This document shows, piece after piece, positions 61,147-64,000 of a DNA stretch of 64,000 bases. The notes under the pieces were generated by a model, which saw only the letters and a program-made list of their open reading frames with translations, had not been told where the DNA came from and did not search any database. Numbering within the stretch: the first letter of the stretch is position 1; every line of letters starts with the position of its first letter. A program made the position numbers and the translations under genes. Source of the stretch: a virus; the IMG/VR virus record IMGVR_UViG_3300050821_007016, positions 1 to 64,000 of that record. One strand, 5' to 3'.

Positions 61147-62031
61147 ATGCAGCCGGAACTGCCGATGAAGGACGTCACCCCGAAGAAGGCGCCTCCGCCC
61201 GCGAAGAAAAAGGCGCCAGCGAAGTCCAAGGCCGTCGCCGTCGCGGAGCCGCCGGCCCAGCGCGAGGCCAAGAGCCTGCTCGCCGTCATCGCCGATGCCG
61301 CCGCCAACCCGAACTGCAACCCGGAGAACATGCGGGCGCTGCTCGACATGCAGAAGGAGATCATGAACGAGCAGTCGCGGCGCGACTTCAACGACGCATT
61401 CGTCAAGCTGCAGGCCGAGCTGCCCGTGATCCGCGCCGACCGCAAGATCGAGATCAGGAAGGACGGCAGGCTGCTTCAATCGACGCCCTACGCCACGTTC
61501 GCCGGCATATCGAAGGTGATCGGACCGCTGTTGAAGAAGTACCACTTCTCACTGGCGTTCTCGACCGAGCCGATGCCACCGCCGGACACGCGAATCCTTA
61601 TCCGCGGCTACCTACGCGGCTACGGCCATGAGACGACGACCGCGTTTCCGCTGCCGATGGAGAAGTCCGGCTCCAAGAACGAGAACCAGGCGTGGGGTTC
61701 GTCACAGAGCTACGGTAAGCGCTATTGCACGATCGCACTTCTCAACATCGTCAGCGAGGCGATCGAGGATGCCGACACCGACGGCCACGAAGGTAACTTC
61801 CAGCGCGCCAAGGGCGGCAACCTCGCCGCGATCACCGAGGACCCGAAGATCACCACGGCGCAGCACGACCGGCTCACCGAGCTTTTGATCGACGCCGGCA
61901 TCGAGCGCGACAAGTTCCGCCAGCGCTACGGCCTCGCGAAGGTCGAGGACCTGCCGCAGCGGCTGTTCATGGCAGCGCAGAAGGCGATCGCCGACCACAA
62001 GGCCAGCACGGGCGGCGGGAAGGTCAAGTGA
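61147..62031 (+). CDS. erf: ERF-family single-strand annealing protein
   Basis: AAGGAG RBS; FN.AF..LQ.ELP.I, YAT...I...I.PLL, GH, QAWGSSQSYGKRY...ALLNI.....DTDG. Confidence 0.88.
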   Translation: MQPELPMKDVTPKKAPPPAKKKAPAKSKAVAVAEPPAQREAKSLLAVIADAAANPNCNPENMRALLDMQKEIMNEQSRRDFNDAFVKLQAELPVIRADRKIEIRKDGRLLQSTPYATFAGISKVIGPLLKKYHFSLAFSTEPMPPPDTRILIRGYLRGYGHETTTAFPLPMEKSGSKNENQAWGSSQSYGKRYCTIALLNIVSEAIEDADTDGHEGNFQRAKGGNLAAITEDPKITTAQHDRLTELLIDAGIERDKFRQRYGLAKVEDLPQRLFMAAQKAIADHKASTGGGKVK

Positions 62032-62708
62032 TGGCCAAGAGGGCAGCCGCAAAGAAGCAGGAGTCGGAGGCCGGGCTCGTCATCCACCACTTCGAGCAGG
62101 GCGGCGAGGAGTGGTTTCAGGCGCGGCTGGGCATCCCCTCGGCGTCGAACTTCGCGACCATCATGGCGACCGGCAAGGACGGCGGCGACTCGATCACGCG
62201 CGCCGAGTATCTGCGCCGCCTCGCTGGCGAGATCATCACCGGCATCCCGGCCGAGGAAACCTTCAAGAGCGCCGCCATGAACCGCGGCAAGGAAATGGAG
62301 CCGCAGGCGATCGCCGACTACGAGAGCAGAATGAAGTGCGAGGTCCAGCGCGTCGGCCTCGGCATCAACTTCTCCGGGCTCAAGCGCTGCTGCGCCAGCC
62401 CCGACGGGCTGGTCGGATTCGACGGCGGGCTCGAAACAAAAACAATGAGACCTGACAAGATGATCCCGCTGCTGGAGCGCGGCGCAACCATGCTGCCGGC
62501 CCACCGGGCTCAGGTGTTTGGCAACATGCTGGTGTTCGAAAGAGACTGGTGGGATATGAAAATTTTCTATCCGAAAATGCCGGATTACACCGTCCGGGTT
62601 CGTCGCGACGAGTCCTACATCCGCGAACTGCATAACCAGATTGAGGTATTCAACCACGATCTTCGGCAGCTGGTGGCGAAGCTGCGGGCGATGGGGGCGA
62701 CGGGATGA
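62028..62708 (+). CDS. YqaJ / lambda-exonuclease family nuclease
   Basis: EQG.EEW...RLG..SAS, AM.RG.E.EP.A...YE, ASPDGLV...GLE.K, QV...M.V.....WD. Confidence 0.92.
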   Translation: MMAKRAAAKKQESEAGLVIHHFEQGGEEWFQARLGIPSASNFATIMATGKDGGDSITRAEYLRRLAGEIITGIPAEETFKSAAMNRGKEMEPQAIADYESRMKCEVQRVGLGINFSGLKRCCASPDGLVGFDGGLETKTMRPDKMIPLLERGATMLPAHRAQVFGNMLVFERDWWDMKIFYPKMPDYTVRVRRDESYIRELHNQIEVFNHDLRQLVAKLRAMGATG

Positions 62709-63229
62709 GCAGGAGGCCGCGCCCGGTCAGGTACGTCTACATCGGCAACGGCACTATGGTCGCGCTGCCGCGTTTCCACAACCTTTGCGCCGCGCAGTTC
62801 GCCGTCGATGAGGAATACGATCTGGATCTCGTCCAAGGCCGGTCGCGCGCCTCTCACAACCACTACTTCGCCGCCGTCGCCGAGGGTTATCTCAACCTCG
62901 CCGAGGAGTACGCGCAGGAGTTCCACAGCGAGGACCATCTCCGCTACTGGTGCCTCTGCAAGACGGGATACTGCACCACGACGAAGTGGGTTCTCAACAC
63001 CGCTGAGGACGCCCGCAAGATGCTCCAGGCGCTGAAGCAGGAGAACGCCGATACCATCGTTGGCGTCTCCGGCAACATCTGCACCGTCTACCACCCGGCG
63101 TCGCAGTCGCGGCCGGCGATGAACAAGGAGCAGTTCGAGGAGAGCAAGCGAGCGGTGCTCGACCTGATCGCAAGCATGGCTAGGACCACCCGCAAGGAGT
63201 TGGAGAAAAATGCCGGAAGGAGCGCTTAA
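62705..63229 (+). CDS. NinB/DUF1367-like recombination accessory protein
   Basis: RS.ASH.HYFA...E.LR...L...GY...SQS...M....F......VLD. Confidence 0.65.
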   Translation: MSRRPRPVRYVYIGNGTMVALPRFHNLCAAQFAVDEEYDLDLVQGRSRASHNHYFAAVAEGYLNLAEEYAQEFHSEDHLRYWCLCKTGYCTTTKWVLNTAEDARKMLQALKQENADTIVGVSGNICTVYHPASQSRPAMNKEQFEESKRAVLDLIASMARTTRKELEKNAGRSA

Positions 63230-63230
63230 A

Positions 63231-63578
63231 GTGAACGACCTTTTCGACTGGAAACCACCGCCGCCGAGGCTCATGACCGAGCCGCGCTCCCACAAGGGCG
63301 TCGCGACCAGCGAGGCCGCGGCCAAGAGCATGCGGAAGTGCTCGGGGCCGATGCAGAAGGCGATCATGCGCTACATCGATCTGATGGGATCGGCGACCTA
63401 CGACGAGATATGCCGCGACCTAAAGATGGAAAAACCGACCGTCGCGGGCCGGCTGAACGACCTGACGAACGCCGGCTTCATAACGCCGATGGGGACACGC
63501 CGTACGCGGGCCGGACGCCCAGCTAATGTCCACCACCTCACGCCGGTGGGATTCAGGTTCATCAGGGAGAACGGATAA
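63231..63578 (+). CDS. Winged-helix DNA-binding protein
   Basis: TS.AAA......Q..I......G.AT.DEI...L......V..RL.DL...G.I.....R.T..GR.A.V; GTG start after AAGGAG. Confidence 0.7.
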   Translation: MNDLFDWKPPPPRLMTEPRSHKGVATSEAAAKSMRKCSGPMQKAIMRYIDLMGSATYDEICRDLKMEKPTVAGRLNDLTNAGFITPMGTRRTRAGRPANVHHLTPVGFRFIRENG

Positions 63579-63579
63579 A

Positions 63580-63816
63580 ATGGCAGAGACCGTGAACCAT
63601 CCGGCCCACTATGGCGGAGCCGACAACCCCTACGAGGCGATCAAGGTGATCGAGGCATGGCAGCTCGGCTTCTGCCTCGGCAATGCCGTGAAGTACATCT
63701 CGCGAGCCGGGAAGAAGGTCACCCATCCGACCCCGGAGGCCTCGCGACTAGAGGACCTCAAGAAGGCCCGCTGGTACATCGACCGCGAGATCGAATACCT
63801 GAAAGGGTTTCTGTGA
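63580..63816 (+). CDS. DUF3310 protein
   Basis: VNHPAHY....YEAI.VIE....GFCLGNAVKYI.RAGKK...EDLKKARWY. Confidence 0.9.
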   Translation: MAETVNHPAHYGGADNPYEAIKVIEAWQLGFCLGNAVKYISRAGKKVTHPTPEASRLEDLKKARWYIDREIEYLKGFL

Positions 63817-64000
63817 TGGCCCTGCGGATGATGAGCGTCGAGGACAAGCTGGCCGTGGTCGAGCGGGTGATCCGCAACCACCGCGACCAGCGCTCGCCCA
63901 CGGTGCAGACGCTGAAGGCGCTGGCGAAGGACCTGCGGGCGCGGGTCGAGGTGCCGCGCAGCAACGCGCTCGGCGCCCTGGAGCGCGCGCTGCAGAAGAT
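63816..64000 (+). CDS. Hypothetical protein (partial)
   Basis: TGATG-coupled; open to the window end. Confidence 0.5.
   Translation, partial: MALRMMSVEDKLAVVERVIRNHRDQRSPTVQTLKALAKDLRARVEVPRSNALGALERALQK

Noticed and set aside
1-64000. Integrase/att sites, endolysin-holin-spanin cassette, rRNA
   Set aside because: No recognisable motifs. Several small TM ORFs could be holins but none can be supported; lysis genes probably lie beyond the left edge.

Overview
The window is most of the genome of a high-GC tailed phage with a contractile (myovirus-type) tail. The host is probably an alphaproteobacterium, inferred from GapR-like and Rhizobiales-type Cro-like genes. Positions ~1-48100 (minus strand) hold the late module: terminase, DUF1073 portal, gpF/gp7 minor head protein, DUF2213 protease, DUF2184 capsid, DUF4054 adaptor, DUF3383 sheath, tube, frameshifting chaperone, tape measure, baseplate and fibres. 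This is a Bcep781/PB1-like gene set. A small rightward DUF932/DUF3489 island lies at 48.2-50.9 kb. A leftward replication/methylase operon headed by a Cro-like gene lies at 51-57.7 kb, and a rightward early recombination operon (ERF, YqaJ exonuclease, NinB-like) at 57.9-64 kb. I saw no integrase, CI repressor, lysis cassette, RNA gene or CRISPR array. The most unusual parts are: (1) a ~12 kb block inserted among the neck genes, with a 1323-aa proline-rich repeat scaffold, paralogous beta-sandwich proteins ending in S-E-W, a beta-helix protein and a methyltransferase-TPR-glycosyltransferase fusion, which may encode a glycosylated virion appendage system; (2) a portal ORF fused to GIY-YIG, wHTH and ADP-ribosyltransferase domains, followed by an acidic candidate antitoxin; (3) a ~65-aa module inserted in five virion proteins, whose only signal-peptide-bearing copy has gained a Cys pair; (4) a Tat-signal paralogue of one of the appendage-block proteins; (5) an asymmetric operator-like repeat at the transcription junctions, a 23-nt perfect antisense copy of the cro gene, and a pseudoknotted leader before erf. 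All family assignments come from motif recognition by eye; no searches were run.
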